Below are positions 52,186 through 64,000 of a stretch of DNA of 64,000 nucleotides, one piece after another (position 1 is the first letter of the stretch; every line of letters starts with the position of its first letter). Source of the stretch: Lama guanicoe (taxonomy: Eukaryota); the NCBI GenBank assembly GCA_013239625.1, contig MU055753.1:4326153-4390152 (forward strand), in the 5' to 3' direction. The position numbers were made by a program, and so were the translations under genes. The notes under the pieces were generated by a model that was not told the DNA's origin, ran no database searches, and worked only from the letters and a program-made list of their open reading frames with translations.

Positions 52186-55100
52186 CCAATGTTATCTTTC
52201 ATTATCCCTTGAGCCCCTCCCCTGGGGTAGGGTAATTTTGGAGCTGCTGGTTTCTTCCTAAGCCTGATTTAGACTTTCAATACATATCTGTGTCTGCATC
52301 CAGAAACACTATATGGAATTCCTTTGTATGAATGTTTTTAAATGCCCACAAACGTGCTGTGTCCTTTATCAGTCTGCTTTGTTCATGCAACATGATGCCT
52401 TTGCAGGCTTGTGCTCAGGGACACACACTTTGTCCAACTCATGCCCCTAGGTGCTCCCTCTTCACCCACCCCCTCCTCCAGAAGCCTGTTGCCTCCATTA
52501 TCTCGGCACTTATCTCCCGCATTGTTGCCTTGTTGCCGCTTGTGTACAGAGCACACAGAAGATGGGAGATGGAGGCAGGGGGTGGTAGGCTCTCAGCTCA
52601 AGTCCTTGAAGACCTTTCTTTCCACTAGATAGAAGCCCCACCCACCCCACTTCTTGGTGGGGGTGTGTGTGTGCCCGCACCAGCATGTGCTCCTGTGAGA
52701 TGTTTCAGGGGGGTGGAGGAGAATCTTAGCAGTCCTCCATGGCTCACCCTCATTCATTCATTCACTCATTCAGCACATGGGCTGCCTCTGCCAGTCTCTG
52801 GGGGAGACACATCTTCATTCCCATCAGGTGTGTCACCAAGCAGAGTCAAATGGCACTGAGATAAGAGTGACAAGGGAGATGGATGAGACAATGGAGGAGG
52901 TGGATCTGCCCCAGCAGATAAGTTAGGGAGGGCTTCACAAGGGACAGAGACCTACTGAGGAAGAGACGTGAGTGAAGAGGGGCGGGAAGAGCACTGCAGG
53001 CAGAAGGAACAGCATTAGTAAAGGCCAAGGGGCTGGAAACAGTACGGAAAGGAGAGAGTGAGGGGAAAGCGTTTTGTGTTGTGTAAGGTGGCAGGCCCCA
53101 GGGCCTGAGAGCAAAGGGCAGCCTGGGACTGGATTAAGCAGCGGGAGACAGGACCAGATCTACATCTTACAAAGAGCTCCCTGGCTGCCATTGGGAGAAG
53201 GGACTGGGGTGATGGAGCAGAAGCAGGAACTGTGAACAGGCTACTGCAAGCGCTCAGACAGGAGGGGTCTGGTGGCCCAGCTGGGGCTGCTAGCTCTAGA
53301 GGCAGGGAAACATGGAGGAAAGGGCTGGGCTTGCCTGCCTGGAGGCAGGAAGGGGCAACAGGGGTCTCCCTCCCCAGGCTCAGGAGACTGGAAGACAGAA
53401 GACCCACCAAACACAGAGAGAACAAAGACCAAGGGCCATTTCAGTCTTCCCACTCCGAGCCAGGCCAGGGCAGACAGCAGGGAGAGTGACAGGTAGCACT
53501 GGCACCAACCTGCACAGCCCTGCCTGGGGCTGAGAGGAGCTCGGAATCCTGGCCTCACCCCTTGATGAGGAGCCTGGGAAAGAAATGCTCTCCAAGGCAG
53601 CTTCTCCCCTAGCCCCCAGGGCCCTTCTGATACCTCTCACCCTCCTTAGAGTGTCACCTAAATGGTTTGAATTGAGCTAAGCCTCTCCCCTCAAACTTCC
53701 TGTCCCCAGATGACTGCCCTGACAATGCCTGCAATGCCACCATGGCAGCCATTGTTATAGGTTCAGCTCCATTCTGTTCTGAATCTAATTTACCAGGTCT
53801 CACTTCCTCTGCCAAGAGGACTAGGAGAGTGAGGGCAAAACCACAGAGAAGAGAGGGAGAAAGAGTTTCTGGGCAGTCAGAGATTCAAACCCCAAGGATT
53901 CCACCATCTAGCCTGGGAAAGTCCCCAGAGACAGCTGCCACCAGCTCCAGGTACAGGTGGGGAGACCTAGTTTCCCTCTGCAAGAGCCCCCAGGTCCCCA
54001 GCATCGGCTACTTGTGAGCTGTGAGCCCAAGGTGACTGCCTTTACTCCTGGCCTCACTGTTACACTCTGTGAAATGGGACACCATCACCAGCCTGGCAGG
54101 CACGGGATCAGAACGAGATGCTCTAACGTCCATGGCCGTGCAAGGCGCACAGTAGATGTTGAGAAATGGCTGAGTGGATTACGCTGGTCCTAGTCACCCA
54201 CACGGTGGGAGGGGGGCTTTGCTCACAGTGCCCTCCCCCAAACTGCTCAAGCTTTCCAGTTGTCACTGAGCAACGCATGCATGTGTGTCTCTCCATGTGT
54301 CTTCTTAAAGAGGGGGCCCACATGAATGCCGGGGTGAATGAATGTCCTGTCCCACTTGGGCCACAGCCTCCACAGCTGGAGGGAGACCAGCTGCCTGGGC
54401 TGCTCTGGTCTTAGCAACCTCCTTGCCCTTAACAGCAGGGTGTGGTTACCAATATTGGCTGCTATGACTTTCTGGGCACTCACGGTGAGCCTGGTCTGTG
54501 GTCGGGCCCATCACCTGCATTCCCTAGCGACCTCACCAGCTGGGGGTTGCCGCATCACTCCCATTTCACAGGTGAGGAAACTGAGGCTCAGAGGTGTGAC
54601 AGAACCTGCCTAAGGTCACACAGTTCAGGATGCAGAGCTGGGGCTTGACCTCACACCTGGATGACATCAAACTCTAAGCTCTTAACCACCCAGGGTACCC
54701 CAGGCGGCTTCTAGTAGGACATGTGCCCCTTTCACCAGCCCTCAAAGCCTTGGGCGCTGCCTCCCCAACAGGGTCCCCTCACTGGGACTGGGCCATTCTT
54801 GCAGCACTTTGCCCGGGTGAGGTTGGGAAGTGAGGCCAGGCTGCTGGGTGTTTACTGGGACCCAGGTCTGGGTGGATGGGCAAAATTAGTCCCATTTTAC
54901 AAATGGGGAAGCTGAGGCTCACAGTGAGGCCAGATTTCTTGGCCAAAATCAAATACAGGCAGAATTCACTCTAACTTCAGAGGTGGATCTAACCAATCCA
55001 CTCCCCATGCCAGGTCAAACACCTCCTCAGGAAGTCCTCCCTGACCTCCCAGGTCTCCACCCTAACCCTGACAGCCCTCACTTCAGACAGGGAGCACCAG

Positions 55101-56479
55101 AGCCGTCAGGCTGGAGACCTCGTCTGTCCAGCTCTACGTCCCCTCCCCACTACCCTCGCCGGGCTCGCACCACCACCACCACGACAGCCTGTAACCACAC
55201 TCACAATTAAGCATAATTCCACCAAGTGCAGGGAGACTGTCAGTGTCTCCCCCACATCCACCCCCACCCCCCAGGAACGGCACCCCTGGAGTTGTGCAGT
55301 GCACCGCCTGTCCATCACGGCATCCAGCTCAATCCCAGACACACAGGAGGCGCCTATTCACATTTATTCGATAGTTATACTCGTCGTAGCTGCCGTGGGT
55401 CGACACTTCCTATAATTCTCAACCCTTTCCCTGAATTATTTCATTTAATCCTCATGCCAACAATATTACCAGGGAAATACTATTCTTATGCCTATTCTAC
55501 AGGTGAGAAAACAGAGGCTCAGAGAAGCCAAGAAGCTCCCCAGGTCACACAGCTGGGAAGCGGGGGCTGGCTGGGGCTGTACTCTCAGCCATGAGCAGGG
55601 TGGTAGGACCAAGGCCCCTCACGCCTCTCCCCGCTGAGCTGGACACTGCCCTTGGGGGCCTGCACCATCGGGCCTGACCCCTGCCATCAGCTCAGGTGTG
55701 AACACCAGCTCCCACGCCTGTCATTAGGAAGCAGGGCGAGGGGAGCAGCGGGTTCACACCCAGTTTCAGCTGCTGGCAAACAGGGAGGGGTGGTGTTCTC
55801 CAAGGGGGGCTCTCCACTCGCCCATTTCTGTTTACTTGTACAGTCCAAGTCGGGACTGCCTGGGTGTGAAGGTCACAAGTCCTGGCTCCGAGCTCCCCTT
55901 CGCTGGGGCGGGGGTGGGGGGATGCTGGCCCTGTGTAGGCACCTCCTATGTGGTAGGGGCATTCTCTCCGTTGTTACATTGGCTCCTCCCAGCCACCCCG
56001 CACAGAAGATATTAGCAACATTCCCGCTTTTTAAATGAGGAAACAGGCTGAGAGGTTCCGTGATCTGCCCACAGCAGATGTAGCAAAGCTGGGACCAGAG
56101 GCTAGGAGATCCTGCCCACCTCAATGCTGACTCTTACTGGCAACCCCGCCCTCCTCCAGACAAAGAAGCAGGCTCCCAGAAAACTGAAGGTTAAAGAATA
56201 ACTTGGGGGTCAGCACCCTGTGACCAGCAACCACATCCATCTTAGAGTTATAAAGTACAGGGCTAGGCACTGGTAACACTCAAGAGATTCTTGTTGAGAA
56301 AATTGGGTAAGAGGTTACCGCCCACTCCACAGTCTGGTCCATGAACCTGTACCCACCAAGGGGAAGGGGCAGAGGGCTATGCTGGTCTGGCCAGACCACG
56401 CAGGGAAGCACCTGGCACCTACCCAGGGCTGTGACTGTGCGAGGCCACGGGTGCCCAAAGGCAGAGTCCCACGTTGATG

Positions 56480-57230
56480 GTGCTTCCCAGCTCAAGGATG
56501 GCCCTCGGGCCCCGCGTTCCCGCGCGTCGCACACTCCTGGCTGGGTTCCTCGCCCTCTGGGCCCCCCAGGCCAGTGCTTCTTGGGCATCCTCGCAGCCCT
56601 CGCGACCCGGCTGTTCCCCCCACGCCCTGAGCGGCGCTTCCCAGCTCAGCGCGACCCCCAGCGAGCGACCCGCGGGCGCCTCCTCACCTGCGGGTCCGAA
56701 CCGTGGGGCTGTATTTGTCTCTGTTTCTCTTCCTGAAGAGCGAGTTCACGGTGGCGCTCAGGGCGGGCGGACGGGGCGCCGGGTCGCGGCGCAGGGCTGG
56801 GCACTGGGCAGCGGCGGGCCCGGCGTGCACGGAGGGGCGAGCAGCGCGCGGAGCTGAGCGGACCGCGACGCCGGAGCCACCAGCGCGGAGCGGCCGCGGC
56901 GCCCAGTCTCTGTTCTCGAGGGGCGGGGCGCGCGCAAGCCACCGGCTCTTCCGGCCCCTCGCGAGAGGGTGGTGCTTACCTTCCCGGAGGCGGGGCTCCG
57001 GGTGGGCGGGACTTCCAGGCGCGCCGGGCGCCCACCCTTGGCTCCGCGGAATGAGTAGGGGATCCGGCTCGGGCTGGAGGTGAGGCACCCGGTCCTGCCG
57101 GGACAACACCCACACCACAGCCGGGACACTCGCGGGCTGGGGCGCACTGGCCGCTTTCCCGAGCACGCCCAGCACCCTCCTCACCCCGACCCTTGGCCTG
57201 GCGCGCCCCCTGGCTGAGGGCCGTCACCTG
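56480..57230. promoter_or_regulatory. CpG island, PPL-type TATA-less promoter
   Basis: Strong CpG density and GC boxes (ggggcgggg ~56920-56928) surrounding the PPL-like first exon. Confidence 0.85.
56688..56749 (-). pseudogene. PPL: Orphan periplakin first coding exon with GTG in place of ATG
   Basis: Minus strand: GCCACC GTG AAC TCG CTC TTC AGG AAG AGA AAC AGA GAC AAA TAC AGC CCC ACG GTT CGG ACC CGC AG|gtgagg = (V)NSLFRKRNRDKYSPTVRTR, versus the recalled mammalian periplakin N-terminus MNSLFRKRNKGKYSPTVQTRS. 62 coding nt with an intact donor; no further PPL exon found downstream in the window. Confidence 0.82.
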
Positions 57231-59535
57231 GCTCTCCGCTGCCTCTCTTGGGCATCAGGGCTCCCCTTTCTTCGGCTGACACCCAGGTGGGCCCCCCAGG
57301 CAGGTGTGGCAGAGATCGGACTGGTCTCTGTGCCCCTGATAGCTAGTGAATTACTTTCAGGTGGTAGCATCCGTTGAAGGCAATTGAGAAAAGGGAGCTC
57401 TGGAGCGCAACTGCATGAGTTCAAATCCTGCTGCCGCAACGGTCAGTTGACTCCTTGGCAAGGCTTCTTGCTGCTTCCAGCCTCAGTTTCCTTATTTGTC
57501 AAACAGTGATAACAACAGGCCCATCCCATAGGGTTCTGAGGAGATTCCTGTAGGTAATCACACAAAGCACTTACTTAGCATGTGCCGAATGTGCTAAGTT
57601 CTCTGTGCCAGCAGGAGGCCAGGTTAGACCGTGGCCCTGGTGCTGTGCGCCTGTGGAAAAGGCTGCAGTTGGAGAGAGTAGAGTCTGACGGCGAGCCCAA
57701 GTAGGGTCCTGACAACCGGGAGACTTTAGCGCCACTCTAGAGAGCACTGGGAATTCTGAGCCCAGCTGGGAAGGGGGAGAACACAGTGGGAAGATGTCAG
57801 AAGGCATCAGAGATAAATTATGGCCAAAGGGCTATTATGGCTCAGATGGGGAGTGATGAGGTCTGCAGAGGAGGAAGGAAGGGTCCCTCACTGGGTATTC
57901 AGAGTCCTCAGGCCAGTCCCTTCCCTAGCTTTTTTTTTTTTTTTTAATAGAATAAGGAGGTCGGTGGGGAAGTGGATTCCTACAGACTTTTCCCACCCCA
58001 GACCCCAGAGCATCTGAGAACAGTGTCCTTTAGACCATCTATTGTCCCTGCCACCAAAGGATTTCAGTGTTTAAGGGTTACAAAGACTCTAGGAAAACCT
58101 TATTTTAAGGGGGCATCTGCAGGTGGGCTTAAGGGGGGTCTGTGGCTCCTCTTACAGTTGCTTTCAAAATGTGTGTGTCCATATGTGCATTTTTTCTGGG
58201 GGAGCATCTATCAGTTTCAATTGGTTCATCCACTCACTCTTTCAACAGATATGACTACTCTAGCAATCTTGGCTGCCTGGTTCTGCTACATTGGTGAGAA
58301 AAGGGAAAACCCCAAAAACAACAGTCTTTCTCTTAAGGGAGGGGGAAAGACATATTAATAATAATATAAAAAACTGATGACTTCCAATTGTTAACTTTTC
58401 AAAAGTGTCTGGAGACCTTAAAAGGAAAAGGACCCCAGGGGGTGCAGCAGCTTAGCAGCTGTGCATTAGGCTCCCCAGAGGAGTTTGTAAAATGCAGATT
58501 CCAGGGCTCTGGACCCCCCTCACCGGCATCCTGGCTCCTGACTAGGGAGTGTAGGAAGGGTCCTAGGAATTGAACTTTTGGCAAGTCACCCTGGTGGTCC
58601 CTGGCCTCTCTGTGAGAAGCCAAGAGTGAGGGATCCTGCCTGTAGCCCCGTAGCTGCTCAGGTTGGGAGCCCTGAGCAGATCTTCCAGCCAAACCTAACC
58701 CCTCTTTCCCCTCTGAACTTGGCTTTGCCTGGCTCCTCTCTCAGGTGCTCCACCAAGGTGGGGAGTTCCCCATGAGGCAGCTGAGAGCTTGAGCAATTCC
58801 CTCCATCCTGAAGTGACTTCCCTTCCCAAGTCTGAGGTTAGAATGGGGCCTGGTGGCCAACTGGAGACTGCAAGTCCAGCTGGCCAACATGGGAAGCAGG
58901 TGTCAGGGAGGAGCCAAGGCTTCAGAATGCATGTGGGGGGTGCTACCTGGGGTTTGCAGAAGCCTGAACTGAGCACAGAGCTTGCTCACCTAGGACCCCT
59001 TCCTGCACTCCAGGTGGGTCACAGAAGGGGCTTAGAAGGGAACATTGTCCATTCCCCTGTTTTATGGCACAACTCTTCCTGGAAACCCTTTCCTTACTTG
59101 TCCCTATTACATTTCCCTCGGAGGCTAAACTTACCTTGGGAGATGTTCACGGCAGCACTGTTACCAGGGAGGAGGCCCTGAGAACAACCTGATGGCCACT
59201 GGGACTGGGTTCAGGAGGTTAAATAACTCAGGGCGCATCTACACCGGGAAGACCACGTAGCTGGAAAAGAGCACGATGTGGAAGGCAGCGTCAGGCACCA
59301 GAAGCAGAGTGCAAGGGAGAAGCAGGAAGCATGTGCGTGTATATGCACAGAAAACTTCTGGAAGGATCCACAAGAAACTGTTAGCCAGGAGTCCCCTCAG
59401 GAGAGAAATCTGAATTTTCATTGTATGCTCTTTTATAGTGTTTGGATTTTATTTTATTTTTAAAAAATTTCCTTTGGATATTATTTTTATATGTGCTTGG
59501 ATTGTTTTTTCAATAGCCTTTTCCAGTTACTTTTT

Positions 59536-59737
59536 TGTTTAAGAGTTTTTCATGCTGTACTTTTTTTTTTTTTTTTTTGCAAAAATTCTGTGGTTTGAAC
59601 CCAGGATCTTGCACATTCTAACACTTTGCTCTGCCCCTGAATTTTTTTTTTTTTTTTTAGCAGAAATCCTGAGGATTGAACCCAGGACCCAGCACATGCT
59701 AAGCATATGCTCTGCCACTGGGCTATACTAACCCTCC
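59536..59737 (-). mobile_element. Dimeric tRNA-derived SINE (Vic-1-like)
   Basis: Two head-to-tail monomers, each with a gggttcaa B-box and its own poly-A, inside one 14-bp TSD tccagttacttttt (59522-59535 and 59738-59751). Confidence 0.78.
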
Positions 59738-61409
59738 TCCAGTTACTTTTTAAAAACCTGTTTCAAAATGACCCACGCCTGGCTTTCCCTCTTCCCAGAG
59801 CCTTCCCTGCTGCCCTCTCCCTTGGCCTCTCTCCACTTCATGCCCTGCTGTCAGCACCCACCATACTCTGTGGTACCAACCTCCTTATTTGTTGGACTTT
59901 CTTACTGGACTGAAAGATACTGGTTGATAAGGATTATGGAAGATACGGCATTTGGGTAAACTAGAACCCATGCTGAACAAGGAAGCTGCTCTACCTTCAA
60001 GTTGCTGATAGTCTAAGATCAGAGACAAAGATCCAACACTACAAAGCCTACTGGGATTACTCTGGGAAGAAGAGCCTTATCAGGACTCCAAAGATGGGGA
60101 GGAAGGGGAACAGATTCCCCCTCTTAACTCCCCCCAGGCTTGGGTGGAGTCCTTGTTCAGTCTCTTTCAGCTGTGTGAGCAGCTTGGCAAGTCATTTTGT
60201 CTCTCTGAGCCTCAGTTCTCCTCATCTGTGAAATGGGCACAACAGCATGCCCCCTCCCCCAGCACTTAGTGAGGGCTCCACAAAAAGGAGGGGGTTACAC
60301 CTGTAGCTGGAGGCTCAATGCCTGTGGGCTGAGGGTTATAAGCAAGTACAGGAACTCCAAACTATGTCAGAGCTGTGGACTTCTCCCAACTTTTAAGTCT
60401 CCGTTCCCCACACCTCCCCAAAGTCTGGCTTTGAGGAGGGAGCCAAACTAGGGGCCTTTACGTTAGCAGACTTATAGCTCAGCTGCTGAGTACCAGCTGT
60501 GACACTGGTGATATTATTGCCATTTCTTATTTATTGAGGGCTGGCTCCATGCCAAGCAACATGGCATGTGCCCAGCATGCCTCAGCTGATTGACGCCCCC
60601 CAAGGACTGCCACCTGGGAAGAGGCTTTCTTATCTCATTTTCTAGGGAAGGGTTCTGAGGCTAGTTGCTGGGTTAGCCTGCTCCAGCCCCACGCTCTTGG
60701 ACTCCCACCCAGTTCCACCCTCCTGGGCTCAGGAGGCAGCAGGGAATCCTGCTGACTCAGCCTGGCCTGGCCCAATTGCTTTGGGAAGAATTAGCAGATT
60801 TGAGGAGGAATTCAAGTTGTGCTTCACAACCCTCCTTCCTCCATTCTCTAAAATCTGGGTTCCAAGCTGGTGTGGCTGTGCGTGCATGCGTGTGTGTGTG
60901 CACATGTGCATACACATGTGCACGACACTCTGTGGGCCGGCCGGATGGGGTGGGAGCTGTGTTCTGGCCCCGCACATCCTCCTCTGGGCAGATCGGATTT
61001 GTTTGGTTCCACGGAGCCCTCTTATGCCAAGTGACTCATCCGCTCTGCTTGTGACGTGGGCTGGGGACTTGGGGAGGGTATTTGCTTTCCTGGGGTTTCT
61101 TTGATGGGGCCATCCAGATCCCTGGCAACCAGGCCACCTTTGGCCCCTGAATCCTGTCCGCTCTTGGCAGCTGGGCCAGGCTGCCAGCTCCCAGGAGGCC
61201 AGCACCTTCCAAAGGGTCACCCACACCCTCCCTGTTTGCTGTCATTATTTCCCCAGCAGCTGGAGAGGCACTGTCTCACTCCCTTGCTGGCTGCTGGCTC
61301 TGGTGTTTCTGTGAACCAGCCAGTTTGAAACAAGAAGGCCTGTTCCTTACTGCAGAGCCTTCTGCCAGGGCGGAGGCCTGGCCTGCCCTCCTGTGGGCAG
61401 CGCATTTCC

Positions 61410-61590
61410 CATCTCCAGCTGTAAGGCCTCACTCCCACCTGGGAAGCATTTTAAAATGCAGATTCCAGGGTCCCTCCTCTGAGATTATGGTTGAGTGAGT
61501 CTGCATAGGGCCCCGGAATCTGCATGTTAACAAACACATACCCTCTGGGATGCTGAAACATGTGGGTTTCTGGGCCACCCTGAGAAACAC
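61410..61590. mobile_element. MER5-like hAT MITE
   Basis: aaaatgcagattccaggg..gggccccggaatctgcat.ttaacaa..tgagaaacac; similar relics at ~43430-43640 and ~58450-58630. Confidence 0.6.
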
Positions 61591-64000
61591 AGCTGTGAAC
61601 AGAAGGAGATGGAACACAGGCTCAGGGCCTGGTCTACAGCTGCCTGGGAAGAGCCCATAGGCTGTAGCTTGAGGGCAACCTAGGTTTGAATCCTGGTTCT
61701 GCCACATCCAGCTGTGTGACCTTGGATAGGTGGCTTAACCTCTCTGAACCTTGGTTTCCCCATCTGTAAAATGGGGAAGAGCTAGTGCTCTGTGATGTGT
61801 GCAGACCACCTGGCATGGAGGTCCTTCTACTCCTCACTCTTTGAGGGGACAGGAGGGGGCTGGCCCAGTTTCACCCCGTGTTTTGTAACATATATTTACT
61901 TTTCTTACAGAACAATGCAAGGGATGGAAAATCCTGTTGGCCCTCCAGCCCAGATGCGCTTACACTCAGCCCTGAGCTGGGGGCCTGCTGAGCTCCCCAC
62001 AGCCTCCCTGGGACCAGAGGAGAGGCTGGGCCTCGGCAGTAAGGACAGGAGAGGGTCCATGGTGAGTCATCCACTCTGCCTGCCCCTGAGTCATGCCCTG
62101 AGAATGTGCCTCAGGGCCCCACCTGCCTGGGGTCCCTGGCTGGCTGCCCCATCCTGGTCACCTCCCCACTGCCTGCCAGACAGCCCCAGCCCGCTGCCCA
62201 CCCCCCAGGGAGCTACTGCTGGGATAACTCCCCTGCCAGACTCTCTGGATGCAGGTGTGCATCTGTCCAGCAGTCTGCTGTCAACATACTGAAACAGTTC
62301 CTGACCAGTGGTTGAACAGTGGCTACTTTGAGCCCCCAGTACCCCTGGCTACCCTGGCCTCACCCCAGGACCCAGTCACAGAGGGTTTAACCCTCTGCTC
62401 AGCAGGAGGCCCCTGGGACCTGGCCTCACTCACGAATTGGCATCCACTGTGGCCCTACCGCCCCTTCACCCCATCTTGCAGATCTGGGCCTCATCTTGAA
62501 CCTTGCATGGCTTTCCAGCATAGCCTACTCCACGTCTCTGGACACCTCGTTTCAAGCCTGTCCCTGTGCCTCTCAGATCAGGCGGTAAGAACCACCCAGT
62601 GAGGAGGTCAGGCTGTCAGGGCAGAGAGAGGCTCTGGGTGGGGCTGGGATCCCTGCAGGACCAGCCACCCAACCGCAGAACTCCCCTCACCACAGCCAAG
62701 CCTACTTCCTCCCACCCCACCTGCCAGGGCTCACGCTGCCCCAGGGGCTACATTTCTGGGGCCAGTGTGTGACAGCCCCTGGGGATGGGATGGCCCAGTC
62801 AAGAGGTCAGGAGCCCATTCCCTCCTGAGCTTGGGGGCCTGAGTGATGGACAGTCCAGGCCACAGGGGACAGAACGCAGAATCAAATCAAATTTTAGCTT
62901 GAAACCAACCCCAATTGAAATCCTGGCTCTTCCATGCACCCAGCTATGTAATCTTAGGCAGGTGGCTTAACCTCTCTGAACCTCAATTTCTCCATTTGTA
63001 AAATGAATAAGAACCAGTGAGCTAAGATGTCACATCCCAGCTCCTCCATCTCCTAGCTATGTGACCCTGGGAAAATGTCTTCAACTCTCTAAACCTTGGT
63101 TTCTCCACCTGCAAAATGGGCACACTCCGGCACCAGCTCCTTAGGGTCTTAAAAGAATTCAGTGAAGTAAGACATGTAATAATAACAGAAAATAACAACT
63201 ATTGTTGAGCGTTTACTCTAAGCCAGGCCCTGGGCTTAGTGCTCGGCCTGGGGAGTTGGCCCTGTGATTTCCAGCCTCACTGACGGGTGATAGACATACA
63301 ACAAAGTGCACATATTTAAAGTCTACCATCTGATGAGTTTTGACACAAGCACCCAATGGTGGAACCATCACCAGAGCAAAGATGACAAACTGGCCCCCTT
63401 CTTCCCATTTTTCAGATGTGGAAGCAGAAGCTCCAAGACATTCAGCGCTTGCTCAAAGGGGTCAGGAGGGGCCTCAGGATTTAAACTCTGCTCTCTGAGC
63501 CAGCACGCTTGTCCCCACCTCCACCACCAGTGGATGGCACAGAGTAGGTGCCCAGGGTCATGTTGAGTGAATGAATGAATGAACAAGAGGGTCAAGGCAC
63601 CGTGGTGGTCCCAGGGAAGGTCCCCAGAGGAGGACCAACCACGGCCTAGCAGGTCCTGAGTCAGAACCATGGTGGAAGAGAAGGGAATCATTCGTTCATT
63701 CATCCAATATTTATTGAGCATCTACTATGTGACAAGTCCTGTTCTAGGCAAACAGGATAGAAGGTAAGCACAATGGATACAGGTTCCTGCCCTCAGAGAG
63801 TTGGTGGCAGAGGACTGGGGTGAAGTTCCTGTGTGGGTGGTGGCATGGCTCCTATGACCCCAAGGACAGAGCACCCCAGGCAGACAAAGTCACGGAGAGG
63901 GAGGACTGGGGACACTGTGAGGAAAGTGGCCAGACCCCAGACTGAGGGTGGCTGGAGTCCTGGCAAGGAAGAGGGGGGAGACCCTTGCTGGCAGGGACCC

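Larger units (their letters stand above)
42640..63200. repeat. Scattered ancient MIR and L2 fragments throughout the PPL-side region
   Basis: Recurrent MIR core (gctgtgtgaccttgg..cttaacctctctga.cctcagtttcc.catctgtaaaatgg and its reverse, gaggaaactgaggctcagagagg) at e.g. ~44740, 46200, 54570, 55500, 57480, 60200, 61710 and 62940; L2-like tracts at ~43120-43330 and 52920-53230. Confidence 0.7.

Noticed and set aside
1-64000. CRISPR arrays, operons or prokaryotic defence systems
   Set aside because: The sequence is intron-containing mammalian DNA, and I saw no regularly spaced repeat-spacer array.

Overview
Mammalian genomic DNA, most likely camelid (tRNA-derived SINEs resembling Vic-1, camelid-type L1 3' ends). 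No prokaryotic features are present. The left 35 kb is the distal end of the conserved alpha-globin synteny block: RHBDF1 (+, iRhom1), SNRNP25 (-), POLR3K (+, sharing a bidirectional CpG-island promoter with SNRNP25) and an intact nine-exon IL9R (+, about 489 aa). An L1-dense tract follows (37-42 kb), containing an old local duplication with CTCF-like motifs. The main surprise is a CpG island at 56.5-57.2 kb holding an orphan first coding exon of periplakin (PPL, - strand). Its ATG is now GTG, and I found no downstream PPL exon before IL9R. The orientation fits an inversion or duplication breakpoint inside PPL intron 1 that joined the former chromosome end to the PPL promoter. Other points of interest are a candidate in-frame cassette exon and a GC-AG intron in RHBDF1, and a probable CUG-initiated N-terminal extension of SNRNP25. 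The window also has a hAT>L1>SINE nested insertion and a twice-present chimeric L1-tail element. The N-runs look like length-preserving masks rather than true gaps. Gene and repeat identities rest on my recall of orthologous sequences, not on database searches.
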